Origin: an uncultured Syntrophomonas sp.
GTDB taxonomy: Bacteria; Bacillota; Syntrophomonadia; Syntrophomonadales; Syntrophomonadaceae
DNA: 64,000 nucleotides
Direction of reading: 5' to 3'
Assembly: GCA_964579945.1 (NCBI GenBank)
Contig: CAZOIC010000001.1
Span: 9,630-73,629 of the forward strand
Each line of letters starts with the position of its first letter. Position 1 is the first letter of the stretch. A program made the translations under genes and the position numbers. The notes under the pieces are model-generated. The model ran no database searches and had not been told where the DNA came from. It saw only the letters and a list, made by a program, of their open reading frames with translations. Below, piece by piece: positions 53,158 to 62,975 of the stretch.

Positions 53158-54228
53158 GTGGAAGATACCTACCAGGAGCAGTTCAGGAAATCCCTGCAAA
53201 TATTGGCCCCGGGTACTTTATTTCGGTTGGGTATAGAAAACATACTGCTGGCCAATACTGGTGGTTTAATAGTTGTAGGAGATTCTCCAGAATTGATGGC
53301 TATAGTTAGCGGCGGATTTCATATTAACTGCGATTTTACCCCGGCGCGGCTTTATGAACTGGCCAAAATGGACGGAGCTATCATTACCAGTCAGGATGCC
53401 GGGAAAATACTAATAGCCAATGCGCAATTAGACCCGGATCCCCATATGCGCTCCAATGAAACCGGAATACGTCATCGTACCGCTGAGCGAGTAGCCCGAC
53501 AGACTGGTGAACTGGTGGTAGCTATATCCCAAAGGCGTAAGGTTATTACCCTTTATCAGGGGAATATTGTGTTTCGTCTGCGCGATCTGCCCTCCATTCT
53601 GGTTAAGGCTAATCAGGCTCTGCAAACCCTGGAGAAATACCGTAATGTTATGATAAGAGAACTGCAGCATTTGGGTGGGCTGGAATTCGAAGATATGGTA
53701 ACCGTATCCGAAGTATGTGAGGTAATTAAACGCAGTATCAAGGTATTAAAGGTTGCCAGCGAAATTGAACATTATATTGCTGAGTTGGGCAGTGAAGGGC
53801 GATTGGTGAAAATGCAATTGGATGAGATGATTGTCAATGTAGAAGACGAGGCCCTGCTTATCATTCAGGATTATTCCAATAACCAGGAAAAAACGCCCCA
53901 TGAATTGCTGGCCACCATGATGCGTTCATTTGAAGATGATATTTCTGATTCGGTATTTATAGCCCGGTTACTTTCACTGGGGACTGCCAGCAGCCACCTG
54001 GATCAGATGGTTGCACCACGGGGGTATCGGATGCTGCAAAAATTACCGCGAATTCCCACCACTATTATCGATAATCTGGTGGATCGGTTTGGCCTCTTAA
54101 CCCATGTTTTGCGGGCTAGCATCGAGGAATTGGATGAGGTTGAAGGCATAGGAGAAGTGAGAGCCCGATCCATTAAAAATGGCCTCAAACGTATGCAGGA
54201 GCAACAACTGCTGGAATATATGGTGTAA
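53158..54228 (+). CDS. disA: DNA integrity scanning protein DisA (diadenylate cyclase)
   Basis: DAC domain motifs DGAIIT and GIRHRTAERV, with a C-terminal HhH (GIGEVRARSI). Confidence 0.95.
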   Translation: MEDTYQEQFRKSLQILAPGTLFRLGIENILLANTGGLIVVGDSPELMAIVSGGFHINCDFTPARLYELAKMDGAIITSQDAGKILIANAQLDPDPHMRSNETGIRHRTAERVARQTGELVVAISQRRKVITLYQGNIVFRLRDLPSILVKANQALQTLEKYRNVMIRELQHLGGLEFEDMVTVSEVCEVIKRSIKVLKVASEIEHYIAELGSEGRLVKMQLDEMIVNVEDEALLIIQDYSNNQEKTPHELLATMMRSFEDDISDSVFIARLLSLGTASSHLDQMVAPRGYRMLQKLPRIPTTIIDNLVDRFGLLTHVLRASIEELDEVEGIGEVRARSIKNGLKRMQEQQLLEYMV

Positions 54229-54240
54229 TAGGAACTGATA

Positions 54241-54280
54241 AAAAAACCGCTTCGATAAAATTACCAGAAGCGGTTTTTTG
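54241..54280 (+). terminator. Rho-independent terminator after disA
   Basis: A-run, ACCGCTTC...GAAGCGGT stem, T6. Confidence 0.8.
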
Positions 54281-54291
54281 TCATGCTCGTG

Positions 54292-54319
54292 GGTGACAGG
54301 GGACGGTTCCTGTGTCACC
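54292..54319 (+). repeat. Single copy of the GGTGACAG-GGGACGGTTCCT-GTGTCACC hairpin repeat
   Basis: It differs from the 51657 unit at one position and lies in the convergent intergenic gap. Confidence 0.8.
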
Positions 54320-54327
54320 TCGTTATA

Positions 54328-54726
54328 CTAGGTCATATTAAATATCCCGAGAACATTGGCTTTTTTATACTCTTTTATAAAGACATCGTAGAGACTGATA
54401 TCCAAAGTGTTACAGAGTGCCGCAACATAAAAGAGAAGTTTTCCCAGCTCATTATATACTACTTCTTCACAATTCGGACATAAATGTCCTTTTAAGTGAC
54501 TATCCATATATTGCTTTAACTCTTCAAAGGAACCAATTTCGTTTGGTAGCTGGAGTTTGTTGGCATGTACCGACAGGCAGCCACAGTCAGTTACTGACTT
54601 GACTACCGCCCGGTTTACCCGGCAATCGGATTCGGAGAGCTTGGAAAGGATATCAAGGATGCTGCGGTTTCTAATCAGGAGATCACCTACAACATTTTGA
54701 AACTCATCACAAATCAAGTCCTTCAA
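54328..54726 (-). CDS. Cys-rich hypothetical protein with a MazG-like C-terminal helix (132 aa)
   Basis: TTG start 7 nt after AGGGGGG. It has CGC and CPNC cysteine pairs, and ELGKLLFYVAALCNTLDISLYDV resembles the second MazG helix. This is the only minus-strand gene in the clpC-cysS block. Confidence 0.55.
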   Translation of the reverse strand: MKDLICDEFQNVVGDLLIRNRSILDILSKLSESDCRVNRAVVKSVTDCGCLSVHANKLQLPNEIGSFEELKQYMDSHLKGHLCPNCEEVVYNELGKLLFYVAALCNTLDISLYDVFIKEYKKANVLGIFNMT

Positions 54727-54989
54727 AAGGCTTGCCCCCCTAGCGTGAGATTTTTATAAATTATAGCCGTTGCTGCTAACCCTTGTCAATTGCATGCCCT
54801 ATTCAAGGTATGTCCTAAAGACTTAACCTGAAGGTTGCTTATGTAGACCTTTCCCGGAATTTATGGCTCTTTGGTAATACGAAAATAGACGTAGACAACA
54901 TAGTTTTAATGTAAAAAATTTCAAATTTTATTCTCCTGGTATAATTATGCAGTTCCTAAAGAAAAATAGTTAGTATGGAGGTGCATAAA

Positions 54990-56096
54990 ATGCATACAAA
55001 GTTTATATTTTCCAAACGGCTATTTATTTTGGCAATCATCCTCGGTGTTTGGGCAGCATATACGGTACGATCTTTTCTAAGCCTGGGGTCGATATGGAAC
55101 ATTACTATGGGATTAGTGGCGGCAGTAATTTTTTATCTGGGCAGTGTTCTTATTATAAACCTGGCTCGTACAAGTATTACCTATCTAAACCGGACTTTGG
55201 ATTCTGTACCGACAGAAGCCCTGCTAGGGGGGATATCGGGCTTGTTCCTGGGAGTTCTGGTTGGAGTTTTAACTACCTTTCCCCTGTCCCTCTTGGATGG
55301 AATCGGGAACTTCTTAACCCTGGGGGTGTTTTTCCTCAGTAGTTATTTGGGTTTAAAGATAGGTATTCGTCGTGCACCTGATATGCTTAAATTCCTACCC
55401 CACTCCCCGATTAGCAAGAAAAAAGCCGATAACCATTTAATAGCTCCTAAAGTACTGGACACCAGCGCCATAATTGATGGCCGTATCTATGATGTTTGTT
55501 TAAGCAACTTTCTGGAAGGTCACCTGGTGGCACCTACTTTTGTTATTGAAGAACTGCAGCATATAGCCGATTCTTCAGATAATATCAGGCGTAACAAAGG
55601 CAGGCGAGGACTGGAGCTTTTGTCCAAAATGCAGAAACATAGCAGCATAAAAATTGATATAATTGAAACAAATATATCTGAAGAGAAAGACGTGGACAGT
55701 AAACTGTTACGTCTTTGTAAGCAGATTAACGCCTGCATAATTACCAATGATTATAATCTTAATAAAGTGGCCGAACTACAGGGTATTAAGGTTCTTAACA
55801 TAAATGAACTAACCAATGCGGTAAAAGTAATTGTCTACCCGGGTGAGACCATGCACATTGCAATTATTAAAGAAGGAAAAGAAGCCGGACAGGGAGTAGG
55901 TTACCTGGAGGATGGAACCATGGTAGTAGTTGAAGATGCTTACCATGAAATTGGTAATGATCTGGAAGTCATGGTTACCAGTGTATTCCAGACTGCAGCA
56001 GGTCGGATGATTTTTACTCGTAAAATACGGGAAGAAGTCCCCAGCAACGTTAATCAGCATTTTCAGGAATCACAAGAGGTGAAATTATATGGCTAA
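54990..56096 (+). CDS. yacL: PIN/TRAM-domain membrane protein (YacL-like)
   Basis: Four N-terminal TM helices, a PIN domain (VLDTSAIIDGR...ITNDYNLNKVA) and a C-terminal TRAM. The ATG at 54990 follows GGAGGTG. Confidence 0.85.
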   Translation: MHTKFIFSKRLFILAIILGVWAAYTVRSFLSLGSIWNITMGLVAAVIFYLGSVLIINLARTSITYLNRTLDSVPTEALLGGISGLFLGVLVGVLTTFPLSLLDGIGNFLTLGVFFLSSYLGLKIGIRRAPDMLKFLPHSPISKKKADNHLIAPKVLDTSAIIDGRIYDVCLSNFLEGHLVAPTFVIEELQHIADSSDNIRRNKGRRGLELLSKMQKHSSIKIDIIETNISEEKDVDSKLLRLCKQINACIITNDYNLNKVAELQGIKVLNINELTNAVKVIVYPGETMHIAIIKEGKEAGQGVGYLEDGTMVVVEDAYHEIGNDLEVMVTSVFQTAAGRMIFTRKIREEVPSNVNQHFQESQEVKLYG

Positions 56097-56781
56097 CAAC
56101 CTCCGGGTTGTTATAGCGGCGGCCGGAACCGGAAGCAGGATGAAAAGCAGAATCAACAAGCAGTACATGCTTCTAAATTCCCGACCCATTTTAAGTTACT
56201 CACTGGATGTGTTTGAAAAGTATGAGGCCGTAGATGAAATAGTAATTGTGGCCCATCCTCGGGAAATCGAATACTGTGAAAAGGAAATAGTAAAAAAATT
56301 TGGCTACCGTAAAGTTAAAAAAGTTATTCCCGGTGGAAATCAACGTCAGGATTCGGTATGGGCAGGGTTGTTGCAACTAAACTCGGATACTACCGATTAT
56401 GTGGCTGTGCACGACGGTGCGCGGCCACTTTTGACGCCAGCCCTGCTAAATGACCTGATTAATCAAGCCGAGGAATGGGGGGCAGCTATTCCCGGGATTT
56501 ACGTTAAGGATACCCTTAAAATGGTTGATCGGGATGGCTTTGTGGGCAATACCCTGGATCGATCCAGTACTGTATTTATTCAGACCCCCCAGGTTTTTCG
56601 TTTCCAAGAAATTTACCAGGCTTACGAAATGGCACTGGAAGAAAGTTTTACCAGTACTGATGATGCAGCTTTATTTGAAAAATATATTGGCCGGGTCAAG
56701 GTGGTTCCGGGTAATTATAACAACCTTAAGATAACCACTCCCGAAGACCTGATTATTGCTCAAGCCTTATTAAATATGTAA
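56089..56781 (+). CDS. ispD: 2-C-methyl-D-erythritol 4-phosphate cytidylyltransferase
   Basis: VIAAAGTGSRM, VHDGARPL and IQTPQVF. Confidence 0.95.
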   Translation: MANNLRVVIAAAGTGSRMKSRINKQYMLLNSRPILSYSLDVFEKYEAVDEIVIVAHPREIEYCEKEIVKKFGYRKVKKVIPGGNQRQDSVWAGLLQLNSDTTDYVAVHDGARPLLTPALLNDLINQAEEWGAAIPGIYVKDTLKMVDRDGFVGNTLDRSSTVFIQTPQVFRFQEIYQAYEMALEESFTSTDDAALFEKYIGRVKVVPGNYNNLKITTPEDLIIAQALLNM

Positions 56782-56799
56782 GCGTGAGGGGGAGAGGTT

Positions 56800-57267
56800 T
56801 TGCGTATTGGCAATGGATATGATGTGCACCGCCTGCAACAGGGACGGCGGTTAGTTCTGGGCGGAGTAAACATAGACTATCCCCTGGGATTACAGGGTCA
56901 TTCTGATGCGGATGTATTACTGCATGCTATTTCTGATGCCCTTTTAGGGGCAGCCGGTCTCGGCGATATTGGACGTCATTTTCCTGATAGTGATGAACGC
57001 TACCGGGGCATAAGCAGCCTCTATCTGTTGGAGGAAGTAGGGACTAAACTGAATCAGGCCGGCTTTACCATAATTAATATTGACAGTACTATAATAGCCC
57101 AGAAACCCCGTTTGGCGCCTTACATAGAAACCATGGTGCAAAATATAGCCCGGGTTTTGCATATTGAAAAGGGACAAGTTAATGTAAAAGCGACTACTAC
57201 TGAAGGACTGGGATTTGAAGGCCGGGAAGAGGGTATATCTGCTATGGCGGTAGCCTTGATTAAGTAA
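56800..57267 (+). CDS. ispF: 2-C-methyl-D-erythritol 2,4-cyclodiphosphate synthase
   Basis: [22 protein letters not shown] and GDIGRHFPD. Confidence 0.96.
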   Translation: MRIGNGYDVHRLQQGRRLVLGGVNIDYPLGLQGHSDADVLLHAISDALLGAAGLGDIGRHFPDSDERYRGISSLYLLEEVGTKLNQAGFTIINIDSTIIAQKPRLAPYIETMVQNIARVLHIEKGQVNVKATTTEGLGFEGREEGISAMAVALIK

Positions 57268-57341
57268 CATTGCGCTATTATATACTATGGTTGCAGGGTT
57301 AATTATGGTGGTATAATCGAGGTACACAAGGGAGGTACTGT

Positions 57342-58775
57342 ATGAATAAACTAAAGGTTAGATTTGCACCCAGTCCTACCGGGCCATTACATATAGGTGG
57401 GGCTCGTTCGGCTTTGTTTAATTATCTTTTTGCCCGCCATAATAACGGGAATTTGGTAATAAGAAGCGAAGATACTGATTTGGAACGCTCGCGCCGGGAG
57501 TACGAAGATGAAATATTGGAATCCCTAAAATGGCTGGGAATCAGCTGGAATGAAGGACTGCAAGCCGGCGGAGAAGATGGGCCCTATCGACAGACCGAGC
57601 GTTTGGATATATATGCTGAATACACCGAGCGTTTGCTGGAGTCCGGTCAGGCTTACTACTGTTTTTGTAGCGAGGCAAAATTGGAGGAAGAGCGTCAGCA
57701 GGCTATGAACAGTGGCGAGATGCCACGCTATTCCGGCAGGTGCCGTCACCTGACTTTGGAGGAGGTTGAAACCCGGCGAGCCCAGGGTGAAAAACCTGCT
57801 ATTCGATTCAAAGTACCATCCAACCGCATATATGTAGTAGATGACCTGGTTAGGGGCCGGGTTAGTTTTGATAGTAATAACATAGGAGATTATATAATTG
57901 TAAAATCAGATGGTATCCCCACCTATAATTTTGCTGTAGTTATAGATGATGTGTTAATGGGTATAAGCCATGTTATCAGAGCAGAGGAGCATTTGTCCAA
58001 TACCCCGCGGCAGTTGATGCTATATGACGCCTTGAACCTGAAACGACCTGAATTTGCCCATATTTCACTTATACTGGGCAGCGACCGTCAGAAGATGAGC
58101 AAACGCCATGGGGCTACTTCGCTGATACAATACCGGGAGATGGGTTATTTACCTGAAGCCCTGTTTAACTTTCTGGCCCTTTTAGGCTGGTCACCGGAAG
58201 GAGAAGAACAGATTCTTTCCCCGGAGCAAATAATTGCTGCCTTTACCCTGGAGCGGGTGGCTAAAAATCCGGCTGTCTTTGACCTGGATAAATTGAACTG
58301 GATTAACCAGCAACATATCAAACAAAAAGATCATGAGGAACTAAAAGGTCTTATGCTGCCTTACCTGGAGCAGTCTCACTATAGTGAAAAGGTAGCCCAA
58401 TTAGATAAAACCCAGCTTGATTTACTGGTAGAGGTATTGCGTGACCGCATCGTTTGTTTGACGGATATTAGTAAAGAGCTGGAAGAGTTTTTTGCCCTTC
58501 CCCAGTATGAGGCTGACAGCCGGGAGGTTTTGCAAGCTGATGGAGTAAAACAGGTTTTAGAGGCTTTTATCAACGGGTTACCTGATTTTCAAGAAACAGC
58601 AGAGATTAAGCAGTTTATCAAAACCCTGACCAAAAGCTTAAAGCTAAAACCTAAAAATGTTTTTATGCCCCTGCGCTGCGCCTTAACCGGCAAATCCCAC
58701 GGTCCTGACCTGCCTTACCTGATTTTTATCTGGGGACGGGAAGAAACCCTGCGCCGCGCTCGCGAGAGCATATAG
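57342..58775 (+). CDS. gltX: Glutamate--tRNA ligase
   Basis: [21 protein letters not shown] (HIGH) and KMSKRHG (KMSKS). Confidence 0.97.
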   Translation: MNKLKVRFAPSPTGPLHIGGARSALFNYLFARHNNGNLVIRSEDTDLERSRREYEDEILESLKWLGISWNEGLQAGGEDGPYRQTERLDIYAEYTERLLESGQAYYCFCSEAKLEEERQQAMNSGEMPRYSGRCRHLTLEEVETRRAQGEKPAIRFKVPSNRIYVVDDLVRGRVSFDSNNIGDYIIVKSDGIPTYNFAVVIDDVLMGISHVIRAEEHLSNTPRQLMLYDALNLKRPEFAHISLILGSDRQKMSKRHGATSLIQYREMGYLPEALFNFLALLGWSPEGEEQILSPEQIIAAFTLERVAKNPAVFDLDKLNWINQQHIKQKDHEELKGLMLPYLEQSHYSEKVAQLDKTQLDLLVEVLRDRIVCLTDISKELEEFFALPQYEADSREVLQADGVKQVLEAFINGLPDFQETAEIKQFIKTLTKSLKLKPKNVFMPLRCALTGKSHGPDLPYLIFIWGREETLRRARESI

Positions 58776-58793
58776 GGGCAAGTGGGACGGTTC
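58775..58793 (+). repeat. Left arm of an 18/19-nt inverted repeat (GGGGCAAGTGGGACGGTTC)
   Basis: The partner lies at 59084-59103. The arm also forms a local hairpin GGCAAG-N-CTTGCC (to 58808) around the shared GGGACGGTTC core. Confidence 0.75.
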
Positions 58794-58818
58794 TTGCTTG
58801 CCTGCCAAAATTTCCCAT

Positions 58819-58834
58819 TGTTTCACGTGAAACA
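58819..58834. promoter_or_regulatory. parS: parS centromere-like site, perfect consensus TGTTTCACGTGAAACA (second copy)
   Basis: Exact 16-mer identical to the one at 513-528; intergenic. Confidence 0.75.
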
Positions 58835-58920
58835 ATTTGTCTTTGCGAATAGAAGAACTCTTTGAAGACGAGGAAACAAAGTAGTAGTGGTGACCAATAA
58901 CGTCCGGGGGAGTGTTTAAC

Positions 58921-59085
58921 ATGAGTAAATACCAAAAATGGACGGTTATATTCTGTATATGTTTAAGCCTGTCAATAATTTTTGGGCAAGTAGCAAAATT
59001 CTGGTTTGCCTACGCCACCATAACGGGGTGGCTTTTGGGTTGTATATTTTTAGTTCTGGCCACTATTACAGCACTTAAGGCCTGA
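58921..59085 (+). CDS. Unannotated small ORF encoding a 54-aa predicted two-TM peptide
   Basis: Below the 60-aa cutoff of the ORF track. The ATG is preceded by GGGGGAG 9 nt upstream. Translation: MSKYQKWTVIFCICLSLSIIFGQVAKFWFAYATITGWLLGCIFLVLATITALKA. The stop codon overlaps the right IR arm by 2 nt. Confidence 0.4.
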   Translation: MSKYQKWTVIFCICLSLSIIFGQVAKFWFAYATITGWLLGCIFLVLATITALKA

Positions 59086-59103
59086 CCGTCCCCACTTGCC
59101 CCC
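59084..59103 (-). repeat. Right arm of the inverted repeat (reverse complement is GGGGGCAAGTGGGGACGGTC)
   Basis: It matches the left arm with one indel. Confidence 0.75.
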
Positions 59104-59132
59104 TTGACTTTAGCGACCCGGCTGCATATAAT
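59104..59132 (+). promoter_or_regulatory. Near-consensus sigma-A promoter TTGACT-17 nt-TATAAT for the cysE-cysS leader
   Basis: Read directly. It begins immediately after the right IR arm. Confidence 0.65.
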
Positions 59133-59139
59133 TTTATTA

Positions 59140-59406
59140 ATTCCATATATAAATGCTATGAATGGGATAAGTAGGACTGCAATCGCTGCCAGAGAAAAGA
59201 GGTCACCGGCTGAGAGCCTCTTTACAGTATGAAGCTGTTTCGAAATTGCGCCCGGGAGCAGGTATGTTGAAATTTTGTAGGCATACCCGGTAATACCGTT
59301 AAAGTATTTAAGTGGAGTACCTGTCTCAGGCAGGGGCTCAACAAGAGTGGAACCGCGGAAATATGGTCTTTCGCCTCTTAACGAGACGAAAGACCTTTTT
59401 ATTTTT
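59140..59406 (+). promoter_or_regulatory. T-box leader (Cys-specific) with a terminator/antiterminator, upstream of cysE-cysS
   Basis: T-box sequence AGAGTGGAACCGCGG at 59344-59358. Terminator GGTCTTTCG...CGAAAGACC (59365-59395) plus a T-run. Candidate specifier UGC at 59247-59249 in GAAAUUGCG. The position is the same as the B. subtilis cysES T-box. The 5' boundary is approximate. Confidence 0.8.
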
Positions 59407-59430
59407 AATAAAATTTTGGGAGGGTAAAAA

Positions 59431-60144
59431 ATGTTTGCCAGACTTAAAGCGGAGATTCAAGTAGTATTTGAAAGAGACCCGGCTGCCCGGAGCATATGGG
59501 AGGTAATTTTTTGTTACCCTGGATTTCATGCTATTATTAATCATCGTATAGCCCATTTTTTCTATCGTAAGAGATGTTATTTTCTGGCTCGTTTTATATC
59601 CCATATTAGCCGCTGGCTTACCGGTATCGAAATCCATCCTGGGGCCAAGGTTGGCAATGGTGTATTTATTGACCATGGCAGCGGAATAGTTATTGGAGAA
59701 ACTGCAGAAATAGGGGATAATGTTACTATGTACCAGGGGGTTACCCTGGGTGGAACCGGCAAGCAAAAAGGTAAACGCCACCCTACTATCGGGAATAATG
59801 TGGTTATAAGTGCTGGAGCCAAGGTTTTGGGAGCCATAACCATAGGTGATAATGCCAAAATCGGCGGTGGTTCGGTAGTTTTAAAAAGTGTTCCTCCCTC
59901 CTGTACCGTAGTAGGAGTGCCGGGAAGGATAGTAGTTCGTAATGGAGCCCGGATAACCGATGGTAAAATAGAGGTTGATTTGGAGCATCACCTTTTGCCT
60001 GACCCGATAGCTGATACCCTGGTAGCTATGCAGGCTCGGATTGAAGAATTGGAAAAACGCCTGCAATCTTACGAAAACGAGGTGACCAACCATGCGAGTG
60101 TACAATACCTTGAGTGGCAGAAAAGAAGAGCTGGCAACGCTTGA
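59431..60144 (+). CDS. cysE: Serine O-acetyltransferase
   Basis: Hexapeptide-repeat region ([34 protein letters not shown]...) and the N-terminus DPAARS...YPGFHAI. It has a C-terminal coiled-coil-like extension. Confidence 0.93.
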   Translation: MFARLKAEIQVVFERDPAARSIWEVIFCYPGFHAIINHRIAHFFYRKRCYFLARFISHISRWLTGIEIHPGAKVGNGVFIDHGSGIVIGETAEIGDNVTMYQGVTLGGTGKQKGKRHPTIGNNVVISAGAKVLGAITIGDNAKIGGGSVVLKSVPPSCTVVGVPGRIVVRNGARITDGKIEVDLEHHLLPDPIADTLVAMQARIEELEKRLQSYENEVTNHASVQYLEWQKRRAGNA

Positions 60145-61681
60145 GCCGCAAAAGGTAAAAATATATGCCTGTGGGCCTACCACCTATAACTATATTCACC
60201 TGGGTAATGCCCGGCCGCTGGTAGTATTTGATACCCTGCGCCGTTATCTGGCCTATCGCGGCTATGAGGTGACTTATGTACAGAATTTTACTGATGTGGA
60301 CGATAAAATAATTAATCGCAGCCGGGAAGAAGGCGAAGAAGCACTTGAGCTGGCAGAGCGCTATATAAACGAATATTTCAAAGATGCTGATGCTCTAAAT
60401 ATATTACGGGCAGATGTCCATCCCCGGGCCAGCCAGCATATAGAAGAAATTATTAATACCACTCAGAAACTTATTGATAAGGGATTTGCCTATGAAGTTG
60501 ATGGTGATGTTTTCTACCGGGTAAAAGCTTTTAAGGATTATGGTAAACTATCGGGGCGCAGCGTAGAGGATATGCTATCTGGGGCCCGGGTAGAAGTGGA
60601 TGAACGTAAAGAAGAAGCGGTTGATTTTGCTTTATGGAAGGCGGCTAAACCGGGTGAACCTTTCTGGGATAGCCCCTGGGGGAAGGGGCGACCAGGCTGG
60701 CATATTGAGTGTTCGGTAATGTCTACTAAATACCTGGGAGATACTATAGACATTCACGGAGGAGGAAGCGATTTAATTTTCCCCCACCATGAGAATGAAA
60801 TAGCTCAAGCCGAGGCCCTTACGGGTAAACCTTTTGTGCGGTACTGGATGCATAATGGCTTTATTACTATTAATAGCGAGAAGATGTCCAAATCTCTGGG
60901 CAACTTTTTTCTCCTGCGGGAGGTGCTGGACAAATTCCCGGCTGATGTAGTACGTTTTTATCTAATTGCCACCCATTACCGCAGTCCCCTGGATTTTGAT
61001 GACGGCAAACTGGAGGAAGCCCGCAAGGCCCTGGGACGTTTAAAGACCACCCTGCTGCTGGCAGATGAATTTAAGCAGGATGGGTTATCGGATGATACCG
61101 GGCTGAAGGAGGGCGAACTGCTGGAGAAGGTTAATAACCTCCAGCAAGAATTTATTGCCGCTATGGATGATGATTTTAACACCGCCCGGGCTATTGGACA
61201 TTTATTTGAAATTTCCCATCTTATTAACCGCTATCTGGCTACGGCCAGCCGCGATAATGCCCGGGATCAGGCCGTAGTTGCCACGGCGGTTGCTATTTTT
61301 AAAGAACTGGGAGAGGTTCTGGGTATTTTTATAGACCAGGAATCAGACCAGGGTGCCGAATTAGAAGAAGTGCTGCAGATACTGGCCGGGTTGCGACAGG
61401 CAGCTCGCCAGGAAAAGGATTACTCGCTGGCAGATGATATTCGCGATTTTCTAGGCAGTCTAGATATTAGTATTGAGGATACCCCTGCCGGTACCCGTTT
61501 TCGTTATAAATCAGCTCCCGAGTTGGAGTTTTTAATGGAGAAGCTTATAGATTTACGGGCCAATTTTAAATCCCAAAAACGCTATGAAAAAGCAGACTAT
61601 ATAAGAAATAGTCTGCAGCAAGCAGGTATTGTAGTTGAAGATACCCGGGAAGGAGTCAGGTGGAAGATTGCTGAGGCATGA
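60092..61681 (+). CDS. cysS: Cysteine--tRNA ligase (long form with a C-terminal extension)
   Basis: [16 protein letters not shown] (HIGH) and KMSKSLGN. The GAGGTG RBS lies 7 nt upstream. Confidence 0.96.
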   Translation: MRVYNTLSGRKEELATLEPQKVKIYACGPTTYNYIHLGNARPLVVFDTLRRYLAYRGYEVTYVQNFTDVDDKIINRSREEGEEALELAERYINEYFKDADALNILRADVHPRASQHIEEIINTTQKLIDKGFAYEVDGDVFYRVKAFKDYGKLSGRSVEDMLSGARVEVDERKEEAVDFALWKAAKPGEPFWDSPWGKGRPGWHIECSVMSTKYLGDTIDIHGGGSDLIFPHHENEIAQAEALTGKPFVRYWMHNGFITINSEKMSKSLGNFFLLREVLDKFPADVVRFYLIATHYRSPLDFDDGKLEEARKALGRLKTTLLLADEFKQDGLSDDTGLKEGELLEKVNNLQQEFIAAMDDDFNTARAIGHLFEISHLINRYLATASRDNARDQAVVATAVAIFKELGEVLGIFIDQESDQGAELEEVLQILAGLRQAARQEKDYSLADDIRDFLGSLDISIEDTPAGTRFRYKSAPELEFLMEKLIDLRANFKSQKRYEKADYIRNSLQQAGIVVEDTREGVRWKIAEA

Positions 61682-61697
61682 TACAGTAAATGAGAGT

Positions 61698-62063
61698 ATG
61701 TTGCGGGAGTACCCCGCGGTAGTGCTGGCTTATATTGGGGATGCCGTTTTTGAGCTGCTGGTAAGAACCCATATCGTTACTGCAGGCCCCAGGAAGGTCA
61801 GTGATATTCACCATGATACCGTAGAACTGGTTAAGGCCCAGAGCCAGGCTCGGCTTACCCGGCAACTATACCATGATTTAAGCGAAGCGGAACAGGATAT
61901 AGTACGCCGGGGCAGAAATGCCAAAAGCACTCCTCCTCGGCATGCCGACCCGGAAGACTACCAATTAAGTACTGGCTTTGAAGCCCTCCTGGGCTATCTC
62001 TATCTCAAAGGTGATGAAGAACGACTCCTATACCTGGTAAACCAAGCACTATCGGAAATTTAA
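61698..62063 (+). CDS. mrnC: Mini-ribonuclease 3
   Basis: LAYIGDAVFELLVR and GFEALLGYLYL. I chose the ATG at 61698; the track ORF start at 61635 lies inside cysS. Confidence 0.88.
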   Translation: MLREYPAVVLAYIGDAVFELLVRTHIVTAGPRKVSDIHHDTVELVKAQSQARLTRQLYHDLSEAEQDIVRRGRNAKSTPPRHADPEDYQLSTGFEALLGYLYLKGDEERLLYLVNQALSEI

Positions 62064-62080
62064 CCTAAGGAGGGGTGGCT

Positions 62081-62770
62081 ATGATTATTCAGAAGCCTCG
62101 GGTACTTGTTTCCCAACAGGCCTTGGGGGAAAATATTCTCTTGCGGCTGGAACGCTATGCCCGGGTTTGTTACAAATCAGAAGACAAAATGGCAGCTCAG
62201 GGGAATCCGGATTTTCTTAAGAGCAAGCTTACACTGGGCCATGAATCGATAATTGAACATGAAAAAGCAACAGTTATGTTTATTATCGACCGGGGTATAT
62301 CCCATGAAATAGTTCGGCACCGGATTGCCGCTTACAGTCAGGAATCCACCCGCTATTGCCGTTATAGCCAGGATAAATTTGGTAACGAGATTGCGGTAAT
62401 TGAACCTTATTTCTTTTTGGAGGATGATATTGCTTATCGCCACTGGGAAGAAGCCTGCCTGGGAGCAGAGAAGAGCTATATGGCTTTGCTGAAGGCTGGA
62501 CGTTCAGCTCAGGAAGCCCGCTCAGTTCTACCCAATTCCTTAAAAACGGAGATAGTGGTTACATATAACATGAGGGAATGGCGGCACTTTTTCCGTTTGC
62601 GCTGTGATGCTGCCGCCCATCCCCAGATGCGGCAGGTGGCCATACCGCTCCTGCTTTATTTTCAAAAGCAGTTACCCAGCCTATACAGTGATATAGAATA
62701 TGACCAATCTTTCCCGGAAAAGTACTATGCCGAAATCGAAATAACGGATGATATCTTTAATCCACTTTAA
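62081..62770 (+). CDS. thyX: FAD-dependent thymidylate synthase ThyX
   Basis: ThyX motif RHRIAAYSQESTRY and WRHFFRLR. The ATG at 62081 is 7 nt after GGAGG; the track start is GTG at 62075. Confidence 0.92.
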   Translation: MIIQKPRVLVSQQALGENILLRLERYARVCYKSEDKMAAQGNPDFLKSKLTLGHESIIEHEKATVMFIIDRGISHEIVRHRIAAYSQESTRYCRYSQDKFGNEIAVIEPYFFLEDDIAYRHWEEACLGAEKSYMALLKAGRSAQEARSVLPNSLKTEIVVTYNMREWRHFFRLRCDAAAHPQMRQVAIPLLLYFQKQLPSLYSDIEYDQSFPEKYYAEIEITDDIFNPL

Positions 62771-62975
62771 TGTGGGTATAAACACAGATAAGAGTTTTCT
62801 TGTAATATAGCGGAATTAATTGTTTAGAGTAAGGGATGAGGGGTAAAGGGTGAGGATACTTATTTTTACTTTTCAGTCCTCAATCCGCACCTTATGGCAA
62901 TTTTCATCCGTAGTTACCCTGGGGGTATGCCTCGGGTAGGGGGGGAATAAGGAAGCAAAGGGGTTAAGTAGTTTT

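Noticed and set aside
62921-62945. G-run cluster GGGGGTATGCCTCGGGTAGGGGGGG upstream of rlmB as a G-quadruplex or regulatory RNA
   Set aside because: It formally fits a G3+ x4 pattern only if the final G7 run is split. There is no supporting conservation or context.
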